Sequence record: OQ718158.1
DNA: 64,000 bases
Reading direction: 5' to 3' (one strand)
Of the stretch, positions 56,963-64,000 are shown in pieces (positions within the stretch are counted from its first letter, which is position 1; each line of letters starts with the position of its first letter). Position numbers and translations under genes: made by a program. Under the pieces are notes generated by a model. The model did no database searches. It was not told where the DNA came from and was given only the letters and a program-made list of their open reading frames with translations.

Positions 56963-57078
56963 ACTTAAATGTTCCAAAGAACAACTGAGTACTGTAGAAA
57001 GTCCAATGAGGCTTTTGCAAATGGCCTCTTTGCCCTCTTTGTGATTGCTCATTGTTAACAACCAACAAAGGAGGCGTT

Positions 57079-58005
57079 TTGAAAAAAGCGAAAAAAGCAC
57101 TGAAAACTAAAATTGCCGTAGGCGTATTAGTTTCATCAGCCCTATTCGCTGCGATTGGATTTTATGGTTTTTCTCAAAGTGATCGTGCATCATCATTAGA
57201 CGAAAGTCAGGTGCATAATTTAAAACCACAAGTTACGCAAATTCAAAAGCAGGAACTACCACAGGTATCAGTACCAAAAGCAGTTCCAAGCAGCGAGAAA
57301 CATTATACGGTTCAACCTGGAGATAGTTATTATTCTATTGCACAGAAATTTAAACCTAAAAATGTACAGATTGAAGATTATGTCATTTTGTTGAAGAACA
57401 TCAACTTAAATGCAACTCTTCATACTTCTCAGGGTATCTTTATCCCAACAAAAGAGGATTTGAAGAACGTATTGTTACCAGATGTGACTGTACTGTTTGA
57501 TTATAAAGATCCAGAAATTGTCAATCACATCAAAGAAGCTGAAGGTTCTATTGAATTTCAGTCCAAGAACAAACGACGTTTACTTGGTGGGAAAGTTGGA
57601 GTTCCTTTCCACAATTCTAAATTTCATCCCTATAAGGACATGAAAGGTAATTATACAATTGGTTATGGGCATTATTTGGGTAAGAAAGATTCTGATGCAA
57701 TGAAGTACAGAAACGGGATTACCAAAGCACAGGCCAACAAACTTTTAATGCAAGATATGAAAAGGACTTACGAGGACTTTACACTATTGATGCAGAAGAA
57801 AGATGCAGTTAATCTGACAAAAGAACAGCAGCGTATCCTGTTTGAAATGTCATACACAATGGGCGTTGATAAGTTGGCAACATTTAACAAACTATGGAAA
57901 AGTGTTAAAATGGATAACCCTAAGAAATTCAAGAAAGAAATCATGAATTCCTTGTGGTATCGCCAAGTTACAAACAGAGCGGATTTGTTGTTAAGCTCAC
58001 TCTAA
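57079..58005 (+). CDS. membrane-anchored LysM + T4-lysozyme-like muramidase
   Basis: AAGGAGG + TTG 57079; N-terminal TM; HYTVQPGDSYYSIA (LysM); EAEG, YKD...YTIGYGH, SLWYRQV.NRA. Confidence 0.85.
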   Translation: MKKAKKALKTKIAVGVLVSSALFAAIGFYGFSQSDRASSLDESQVHNLKPQVTQIQKQELPQVSVPKAVPSSEKHYTVQPGDSYYSIAQKFKPKNVQIEDYVILLKNINLNATLHTSQGIFIPTKEDLKNVLLPDVTVLFDYKDPEIVNHIKEAEGSIEFQSKNKRRLLGGKVGVPFHNSKFHPYKDMKGNYTIGYGHYLGKKDSDAMKYRNGITKAQANKLLMQDMKRTYEDFTLLMQKKDAVNLTKEQQRILFEMSYTMGVDKLATFNKLWKSVKMDNPKKFKKEIMNSLWYRQVTNRADLLLSSL

Positions 58006-58020
58006 AAAGGTAGGTAAATT

Positions 58021-58353
58021 ATGCTAAATCTAGTTATCCAAGGTAATGTTGATATTACTCCAGCAATCAATGACGCAATTCATGCTGAAGCAAATGCACT
58101 AACGAAGTTTAGTGATTCTTCAGTACTGCATATTGGTGTTCATGTGAAGAAAGAGCATAAGAATCAATATTTCGTAACTTTAACATCAGGCGGTAAGAGT
58201 GTTACAGCCGATGATGCAGATTTATACAAAGCAATTGGTGATTCATTTGAAAAAATGGAAACTGTCTTAGGTAAAGACAAAAGCATCAAATTGCATCGCC
58301 GTAACCACCCCGAACATCCAGTTCAAGAAGACTTGACTGAAGACGAAGAGTAA
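58021..58353 (+). CDS. ribosome hibernation promoting factor (HPF/RaiA, S30AE family)
   Basis: IQGNVDITPAI...ADDADLYKAI..SFEKME. Confidence 0.75.
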   Translation: MLNLVIQGNVDITPAINDAIHAEANALTKFSDSSVLHIGVHVKKEHKNQYFVTLTSGGKSVTADDADLYKAIGDSFEKMETVLGKDKSIKLHRRNHPEHPVQEDLTEDEE

Positions 58354-58361
58354 GATATAAT

Positions 58362-58390
58362 AAAGGGACAGAGATTATTCTGTCCCTTTT
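58362..58390 (+). terminator. intrinsic terminator
   Basis: AAAGGGACAGA...TCTGTCCCTTTT. Confidence 0.85.
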
Positions 58391-58407
58391 CTTATGGGGT
58401 TTTAATT

Positions 58408-58824
58408 ATGAATTATGTTTGGGTAGATGTAGTAAAATCTCTCGTATCAACACATGATGTTGATTTACCAGATAGTCTGGTATTTAACAGATGGTACTAT
58501 CCAAATCCAGAGGACTGTAACGTTGGAATTGGATTTTTTATTAATGATAAATCTAATTTGTTTGGATTAATTGAAGATGAGACAAAATCCAACCTTATAT
58601 TCTCGATTGAGTTGAATGCTGATCACATAAAATACTACACCAATAAAATGGACGAAGACGATGGAGATGTTATAATCCCAGCAGAAATAGACGAAGCTTC
58701 ATTTTTTCAGTTATCATTGATTTATGATCTATCTAACATTAATTATGATAATGTGAAAGACCTTTTTATATTGTACAATAAAATGTATAATTACTTTTTA
58801 AGACCTTTTTATATTGTACAATAA
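58408..58824 (+). CDS. hypothetical protein (family B), C-terminus altered by duplication
   Basis: IDEASFFQLSLIYDL. Confidence 0.7.
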   Translation: MNYVWVDVVKSLVSTHDVDLPDSLVFNRWYYPNPEDCNVGIGFFINDKSNLFGLIEDETKSNLIFSIELNADHIKYYTNKMDEDDGDVIIPAEIDEASFFQLSLIYDLSNINYDNVKDLFILYNKMYNYFLRPFYIVQ

Positions 58825-58842
58825 AATGTATAATTACTTTTT
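58757..58842. repeat. perfect 43-bp tandem duplication
   Basis: AAGACCTTTTTATATTGTACAATAAAATGTATAATTACTTTTT at 58757-58799 and 58800-58842. Confidence 0.95.
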
Positions 58843-58860
58843 TATAACAGAGGAATTGTA

Positions 58861-59046
58861 ATGGAATATACCATATGTGTAATTGTATGTATCATAGCCT
58901 TACTCGCAGGAGTTGGTGTGATGATTTACTGTGATGCGGAACCCAGTACTGAAGTAGGTACAACCATCACACTTAAACCTGGTGTTAAAATTAATGATAC
59001 CTATTGCTACAATCCAAACACAAACCGTTATGAGATTTGTTTATGA
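58861..59046 (+). CDS. small membrane-anchored protein
   Basis: GAGG RBS; N-terminal TM. Confidence 0.65.
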   Translation: MEYTICVIVCIIALLAGVGVMIYCDAEPSTEVGTTITLKPGVKINDTYCYNPNTNRYEICL

Positions 59047-59450
59047 AAACATTCAACATTGTTCATATAATTGAACCGATTGCAGAACATATTAAAAACA
59101 TAAGTAAGAACGAGTCAGGTTTTTTCTTCAATTTAGACAAACTTCATCGCTATACCAATGTATCTAGTTTTAATCGTGCTAAGAGACTTTACATCCGTAT
59201 ACACAACCTATGGTACAGTGACGATACGTTGATGATAGATATCACGGTTGGTGAAGAAATAACATTAAGATATATTGACGATTTTAAATCAGATGATATT
59301 CGTGCTGGATCATTACCAATTGATGCTTCATATGAAGAATATCTGCAATACCAGTTCATTGATGACACATTTGGATTTGACTTTGAACTATATAATAGTA
59401 TAATGAACGTATACCATATATACGAAAGGAATTTGAATGGACATTCGTAA
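59043..59450 (+). CDS. hypothetical protein (family B)
   Basis: EEYLQYQFIDDTF. Confidence 0.7.
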   Translation: MKTFNIVHIIEPIAEHIKNISKNESGFFFNLDKLHRYTNVSSFNRAKRLYIRIHNLWYSDDTLMIDITVGEEITLRYIDDFKSDDIRAGSLPIDASYEEYLQYQFIDDTFGFDFELYNSIMNVYHIYERNLNGHS

Positions 59451-59859
59451 AATACCAAATTTCCACAGTACATTAAGGTACTTTTCTGAACAAGAAATCA
59501 GTACTGAAATACGAGGCATGATTTCGTATAATCAATATAGAGTACTAACCACTAATAAATTTCAGGGTACAGTACGTGTAAAAATACGAAACGCGTTAGT
59601 AGAGAATGATGAATTATTAATTACACTTAGAAAAAGTAAGATAGAATTAGCATACGCAATTTTCGATACTACATGTGATTTGATGTGGAACACACTGTTA
59701 AAAAAAGAAGGTTCATTGCCAGTTTATGATAATGGTCCTGAAACACTTGATCAGTACATGTTCATTGATGATACATTTAGTATTGACTATCCATCATTTC
59801 AGTGTATACTAGATATACATGCAAAATATTACGACCGTCTACGTGATAGATTAATTTAA
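59437..59859 (+). CDS. hypothetical protein (family B), tandem paralog of previous gene
   Basis: ETLDQYMFIDDTF. Confidence 0.7.
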   Translation: MDIRKIPNFHSTLRYFSEQEISTEIRGMISYNQYRVLTTNKFQGTVRVKIRNALVENDELLITLRKSKIELAYAIFDTTCDLMWNTLLKKEGSLPVYDNGPETLDQYMFIDDTFSIDYPSFQCILDIHAKYYDRLRDRLI

Positions 59860-59870
59860 TTGGAGGCATT

Positions 59871-59993
59871 GTGATTACAGTATTAGAAGAAGATTGGGGT
59901 GTTTCCGAGCAAGGAACAGATGAATATGAATATCCAGAATATCAGCCAAAAGGCTTCTGGGAACGTCTACGTGATTGGTTGATGGGGGAATGA
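59871..59993 (+). CDS. 40-aa acidic peptide (not in track)
   Basis: GGAGG RBS + GTG; ends KGFWERLRDWLMGE. Confidence 0.55.
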   Translation: MITVLEEDWGVSEQGTDEYEYPEYQPKGFWERLRDWLMGE

Positions 59994-59994
59994 T

Positions 59995-61110
59995 ATGAAA
60001 AAGTATTTGGTTGGTGGCTACGTTCGTGACCGTTTAATGGGCATCCGTGCAAAAGACAAAGATTATGTTATTGTTGGTGCTACCGAATCCGATATTAAAT
60101 ACTTGCAAAGTATTGGATACAAGCAAGTAGGTAAGGATTTCCCTGTATATCTAAGTCCAGAAGGTAATGAACACGCATTAGCCCGTACTGAGCGTAAAAC
60201 TGGTACTGGATATGGTGGCTTCGAAGTGAATACAAAAGGTGTGACACTAGAACAAGATCTATATCGTCGTGATCTCACAATCAATAGTATTGCATATGAT
60301 CCAGTACTCCAGATTCACATCGACCCTTATGGCGGGAAAGCTGATATCAAGAACAAAGTACTTCGTCATGTATCAGAACACTTTAAAGAAGATCCATTGC
60401 GTGTTCTACGTTTGGCCCGTTTCGCAACGCGTTACTCCGACTTTACAATCCATGATGATACTATGACAATGTGTAAAGATATGGTTAGTACTGGTGAACT
60501 AGACCATCTAGTCCCAGATCGTGTTTTTGTTGAATTCGAAAAAGCACTTTCTGAAGAAAACCCTTCCAAGTTTATCAAAACTCTGGTACAATTTGGTTAT
60601 TACGAAAAGGCATTTACTACAGTTCCAGTTACCAAGAAACGTCTGGAATTAATTGATGCTATCGCTACAAATTGTACAGAAGAATATAAACCATATTTCT
60701 TATGGACAGTACTTCTTGAAAATGAAGAAGTAAATAATGATTCAGTACTTAACGGTTCCATTAAGGTTCCAGTTAAGTACGTGAAGTTTAGTAATTACAT
60801 CAAGCGTTTCCGTGAAGATATTAAAACCTTCCGTAAGAAGACCCCAGTTGAAATGGGGCAAATCTTACTGGATATGAATATCAAAAACAATGGTGGTGAA
60901 GATTTCCTTTACAAAGTACTGGAAAACTTCATTTTGAACAAAGAAATTGATTCTGAACTTGAAGATTTGATTATTAAAGTTTATGATCGTTATACTGATG
61001 TTGAATTACCTGATATTCAGCAGTTAGTGAAAGATGGTGAACTCCAAACATCGGAGATTCGTGATTTTGTTGCTGAATTGCGTATTGAAGCAATCAAGCA
61101 AATGTTCTAA
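59995..61110 (+). CDS. cca: CCA-adding tRNA nucleotidyltransferase
   Basis: VGGYVRD, DKD, VGKDFPV, ARTERK, DLYRRDLTINSI, EDPLRVLRLARF. Confidence 0.95.
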   Translation: MKKYLVGGYVRDRLMGIRAKDKDYVIVGATESDIKYLQSIGYKQVGKDFPVYLSPEGNEHALARTERKTGTGYGGFEVNTKGVTLEQDLYRRDLTINSIAYDPVLQIHIDPYGGKADIKNKVLRHVSEHFKEDPLRVLRLARFATRYSDFTIHDDTMTMCKDMVSTGELDHLVPDRVFVEFEKALSEENPSKFIKTLVQFGYYEKAFTTVPVTKKRLELIDAIATNCTEEYKPYFLWTVLLENEEVNNDSVLNGSIKVPVKYVKFSNYIKRFREDIKTFRKKTPVEMGQILLDMNIKNNGGEDFLYKVLENFILNKEIDSELEDLIIKVYDRYTDVELPDIQQLVKDGELQTSEIRDFVAELRIEAIKQMF

Positions 61111-61115
61111 AAGCT

Positions 61116-61143
61116 GGGACAAGTTAACATCTTCTGATATAAT
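61116..61143 (+). promoter_or_regulatory. RGACA-N13-TGATATAAT promoter
   Basis: GGGACA-16 nt-TATAAT with TG. Confidence 0.75.
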
Positions 61144-61185
61144 TACTAGTATCTGAACATCACTTGATGATAAAGAGATAAGATT

Positions 61186-61630
61186 ATGCGTTATAGCTGT
61201 GGTATAATATTTTATCGTGATGGTCAGATACTTATCGGGCATACAACACGGACAGAATCACTGGGACTTACCTAAAGGTAAAACTGAAGGTACAGAAACA
61301 TTTAAAGAGGCTGCTGTACGTGAATGCTACGAAGAGACAGGATATGAAATCGATGAAGATGATCTTCTGTTTCTTGGTGATGTATCGTATAGAAAGGGGA
61401 AACGTTTAGTTTTATTTTTCTATACAGCCAAAGATAAGCCTATACCAGAAGAGTTGGAGTGTAAAAGTACTTACACAAACAGATATGGTAGAAGTCACCC
61501 AGAATTGGATAAGTTCATGTACATTGATGTACTAGATTGTCAAAAGTATTTGACTGAACGAATGTGTAACAGTATAATAAAGGCTGTTACAATGTTTCAA
61601 CGAAATAAAGGGAAAAGAAATGAAAGTTAA
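61186..61630 (+). pseudogene. nudE: T4 NudE-like Nudix hydrolase split by a one-base frameshift near 61249
   Basis: ATG 61186 frame gives MRYSCGIIFYRDGQILIGHTT; next frame continues GQNHWDLPKG...RECYEETG; span 445 nt = 3n+1. Confidence 0.7.
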
Positions 61631-61868
61631 AATTTATGGTCGCACTACTGGTTGTAAATTCTGCGACACTGCTAAAGCAGTATGTGAAAATAACAAATTT
61701 GATATGGAGTTTATCGATATTGTTACCGCTGGTATTGATGGTGCTAAACTATCTGAACTATGTGGTGAGCCAGTACGACAGGTTCCACAAATTTTCGTAA
61801 ACGATGTTTACGTTCCAGGTGGCTGTACTGGTTTCGTTGAAGGTCTTAAAGAAGGTCGCTGGAATTAA
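61620..61868 (+). CDS. glutaredoxin
   Basis: CKFC active site; RQVPQIFV...GG. Confidence 0.9.
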   Translation: MKVKIYGRTTGCKFCDTAKAVCENNKFDMEFIDIVTAGIDGAKLSELCGEPVRQVPQIFVNDVYVPGGCTGFVEGLKEGRWN

Positions 61869-62110
61869 TGAATATTGATAAAGTATCATCTCGTGCAAAA
61901 CATTTAGCTGACACATTGGGTGTTGAATTTAAAATGCCTGATATGGAAGCTGCAAAAGTTAAAGCACAACGTAAAATTCACAAAATGAAAGAATACACTA
62001 CTAAGAAAGAACAGTACGATAAAGCGGTTGCTTATATTATTGAAGCTTTCAGTAAAGATGATATTTTGGCATTCATCGCTTCAGTAGAGGTTTCGAGCAA
62101 CCCTAAATAA
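61868..62110 (+). CDS. hypothetical protein
   Basis: TAATG overlap. Confidence 0.7.
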   Translation: MNIDKVSSRAKHLADTLGVEFKMPDMEAAKVKAQRKIHKMKEYTTKKEQYDKAVAYIIEAFSKDDILAFIASVEVSSNPK

Positions 62111-62155
62111 TAATGAAGAACACAAGTTCTTCGTAACAATTTGGGAGATACTATT

Positions 62156-62398
62156 ATGCTCAGTTTTCGTGAACAATTAGCAAAAGGCCAATTCGCTGCT
62201 AAAGCTCAAACATCCATTCCTAAAAAGTCTGCTTTCTTAGGGACGATTACAGAAGATGGTTATTGTGATTATAATGCACCAGAAGATTCATGGTACATTA
62301 CGAAAGACACAAAACGTGGTAATAGACTTCACAAAAGTACCATTGCTCGCAAACAACGAAAAGAATTGAAAAAAATTCGATTCGGTGAAGAAGAATAA
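62156..62398 (+). CDS. small basic hypothetical protein
   Basis: GGGAG RBS, ATG 62156. Confidence 0.7.
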   Translation: MLSFREQLAKGQFAAKAQTSIPKKSAFLGTITEDGYCDYNAPEDSWYITKDTKRGNRLHKSTIARKQRKELKKIRFGEEE

Positions 62399-62408
62399 AA
62401 TATAAATT

Positions 62409-62438
62409 AAGGACTCTGATTACAGAGTCCTTTCTTTT
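62409..62438 (+). terminator. intrinsic terminator
   Basis: AAGGACTCTG-atta-CAGAGTCCTT + TCTTTT. Confidence 0.85.
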
Positions 62439-62449
62439 CGGAGAATATA

Positions 62450-62926
62450 ATGATACATGAACACCTAGGTAATTTGTTTGAATTGTTCAACACTGTTACT
62501 GATGATCAAACCGCGTTGCATATAATCGCTCATGGTTGTAATGCACAGGGTAAGATGGGTTCGGGTTTTGCAAAAGAACTAAGAAATCGTTACCCGATGG
62601 CATATGATGATTATAAAGCATATGAAAAGGAAATGGGATTTCTAAGAACTGGACAAATTTCATATTCTTCTATAAGTGATGATTTGCTTATCGCAAACTG
62701 CATTACCCAACAGTACTATGGTAATGACGGTTCTAAGTATGTAAGTTATGATGCAATCGATGATGTTTTCAAACAACTCAAATACTTATGTAACGTTGAA
62801 CGCACTGTTCATGTACACTTCCCGAAAATTGGAGCCGATTTAGGCGGTGGTAACTGGAACGTTATCAAAGAAATCATTGACCACAGACTGGTTAATGCAG
62901 AAAAACACTTATACATTCTAAAATAA
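62450..62926 (+). CDS. macrodomain (Appr-1-p processing) protein
   Basis: GNLF, AHGCNAQGKMGSGFA, PKIGADLGGGNW. Confidence 0.9.
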   Translation: MIHEHLGNLFELFNTVTDDQTALHIIAHGCNAQGKMGSGFAKELRNRYPMAYDDYKAYEKEMGFLRTGQISYSSISDDLLIANCITQQYYGNDGSKYVSYDAIDDVFKQLKYLCNVERTVHVHFPKIGADLGGGNWNVIKEIIDHRLVNAEKHLYILK

Positions 62927-62936
62927 ACAAAAGGAC

Positions 62937-63254
62937 TTGACAAAAATGACTATGACCGTTAAACTACTAAACATCAACAGCGTTGGCCCAGTACTAGCAA
63001 TTCTACAAAATGATGCACCAGAAGCAGTAGTAGTTAACTACCCAGCACAGCTAGGTACTGACGAACAAGGTGAAATCATTCTACGTGATTACCTAGAATT
63101 CATTAGTTCTGAAAAAGGCGTTATTTTTTATAAATCCAACATCATTAGCATCAGCGATGCAAACCCTGCACTAGTTGAAGCTTATGTTGAAGCAATCAAG
63201 GCTATCGAAGAAAAACCAGCACTGATTGTTCCTGATAACAAAATCATTCTATAA
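62937..63254 (+). CDS. conserved hypothetical protein (possibly Sm-like fold)
   Basis: AAGGA RBS; ends ALIVPDNKIIL; fold guess is weak. Confidence 0.65.
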   Translation: MTKMTMTVKLLNINSVGPVLAILQNDAPEAVVVNYPAQLGTDEQGEIILRDYLEFISSEKGVIFYKSNIISISDANPALVEAYVEAIKAIEEKPALIVPDNKIIL

Positions 63255-63266
63255 TAGAGGTATCTA

Positions 63267-63644
63267 ATGGCTGCTCAAAACGTTAAAGTTAAAACTATCC
63301 AAGCTATCGTAGTACTGAAAGATTCCACTCCATCACCAAAAGAACTGGTTATGGCTGGTATGACAATGCTACATCAGTACAATCCAGAATCACCTAACTA
63401 TGTACTGGAATACGAAGCGAAGCAGTTTAAAGAACATTGGCAGTCATGGATTAAAGATAATGAAATGGAACAGGTTGTTTATGCTGCTGATGACATTTTC
63501 GAATTAGAACAAATCGAATATCTAGCAGGACAACAATCTGTACCATTGAGTATCTTCGGTAATGGAGAAGAAGTTTTAGTACTGGGACCATTTACCGCTG
63601 ATGCCATCATGCATTTACTAAGTAATTGTAAAAAAGTTGGCTAA
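63267..63644 (+). CDS. degenerate PTH2-fold protein
   Basis: QAIVVLKD...W..W...QVV...EL...VLVLGP...I..L..CKKV; catalytic motifs not evident. Confidence 0.55.
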   Translation: MAAQNVKVKTIQAIVVLKDSTPSPKELVMAGMTMLHQYNPESPNYVLEYEAKQFKEHWQSWIKDNEMEQVVYAADDIFELEQIEYLAGQQSVPLSIFGNGEEVLVLGPFTADAIMHLLSNCKKVG

Positions 63645-63855
63645 AAAACAAATATTATCAGGTTACCGTAATAACACGTTGCACTACAATGACTTAAAGT
63701 ACTGGGTTGACCCACACAACAATAAGTCATTGTTGCTGTACAGAGATAAATTTCGAGATTTGTACGGTATATATGACACCCAGTTAATATACTTAGTTGA
63801 TACCGAACATTTTGCTCCTATGGTATACTTGTATTGCTTGTATAATTCCAAATAA
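63637..63855 (+). CDS. hypothetical protein
   Basis: TTG start overlapping upstream gene. Confidence 0.5.
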   Translation: MAKKQILSGYRNNTLHYNDLKYWVDPHNNKSLLLYRDKFRDLYGIYDTQLIYLVDTEHFAPMVYLYCLYNSK

Positions 63856-63860
63856 CTATT

Positions 63861-63905
63861 AGCACCTCTAAATAATGTATATAAACATTAATGAGGTGCT
63901 TTTTT
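63861..63905 (+). promoter_or_regulatory. hairpin containing late promoter CTAAATA and sequestering the downstream RBS
   Basis: AGCACCTC (63861-68) / GAGGTGCT (63893-900) + T-run; CTAAATA at 63868-74. Confidence 0.65.
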
Positions 63906-64000
63906 ATGTCTTACGATTATATGGGTGGAAACCCAGATGCTCCAAACTTTGATCATCGTGAAAAACTGAAAGATGTTATCACTCAAATGTTAGGTGCTGG
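63906..64000 (+). CDS. neck protein (T4 gp13-like), 3'-partial
   Basis: REKLKDVITQMLGA resembles T4 gp13 KELKDVILRRLGA; late-promoter motif upstream. Confidence 0.6.
   Translation, partial: MSYDYMGGNPDAPNFDHREKLKDVITQMLGA

Noticed and set aside
412-61242. Numerous overlapping alternative-frame and minus-strand ORFs in the track (e.g. 2976-3296, 3230-3751, 27939-28295, 59189-59473)
   Set aside because: They are shadows of well-supported + strand genes with no RBS or motifs.
1-64000. Stop-codon reassignment
   Set aside because: Known enzymes are full length in the standard code and TAA, TGA and TAG all end genes; the single in-frame TAA at 21357 is isolated.
1-64000. tRNA or rRNA genes
   Set aside because: No cloverleaf with a GTTCRA T-loop and acceptor stem was seen in intergenic gaps; a tRNAscan run would confirm.

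Overview
AT-rich (about one-third GC by eye), densely coded 64-kb segment of a large lytic T4-related myophage. Gene content (T4-like DNA ligase, Rnl1, PseT, NrdD/G, Tk, NudE, gp13 neck start, plus ClpP, HPF, CCA-adding enzyme, PhoH, RCC1-like protein and paralog arrays) resembles RaK2/GAP32/121Q-type enterobacterial jumbo phages; this is inference, no search was run. Almost all genes are on the + strand and read with the standard code. No tRNA, rRNA, CRISPR array or reverse transcriptase was seen. Main observations: (1) the palindrome AGTACT occurs about 165 times by manual count versus about 22 expected, in all reading frames, like a HIP1-type iterated palindrome; (2) an ORF-poor ~510-nt region at 50075-50588 has its own promoter, terminator, nested helices and a 17-nt repeat, and is a candidate large ncRNA; (3) an acyl-carrier-protein homolog with Trp in place of the DSL serine follows an RlaP-type nucleotidyltransferase; (4) a dispersed RNA-repair, translation-rescue and ADP-ribose-reversal gene set is present; (5) a fixed-geometry promoter RGACA-N13-TGATATAAT recurs seven times. 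All family assignments come from motif recognition by eye.
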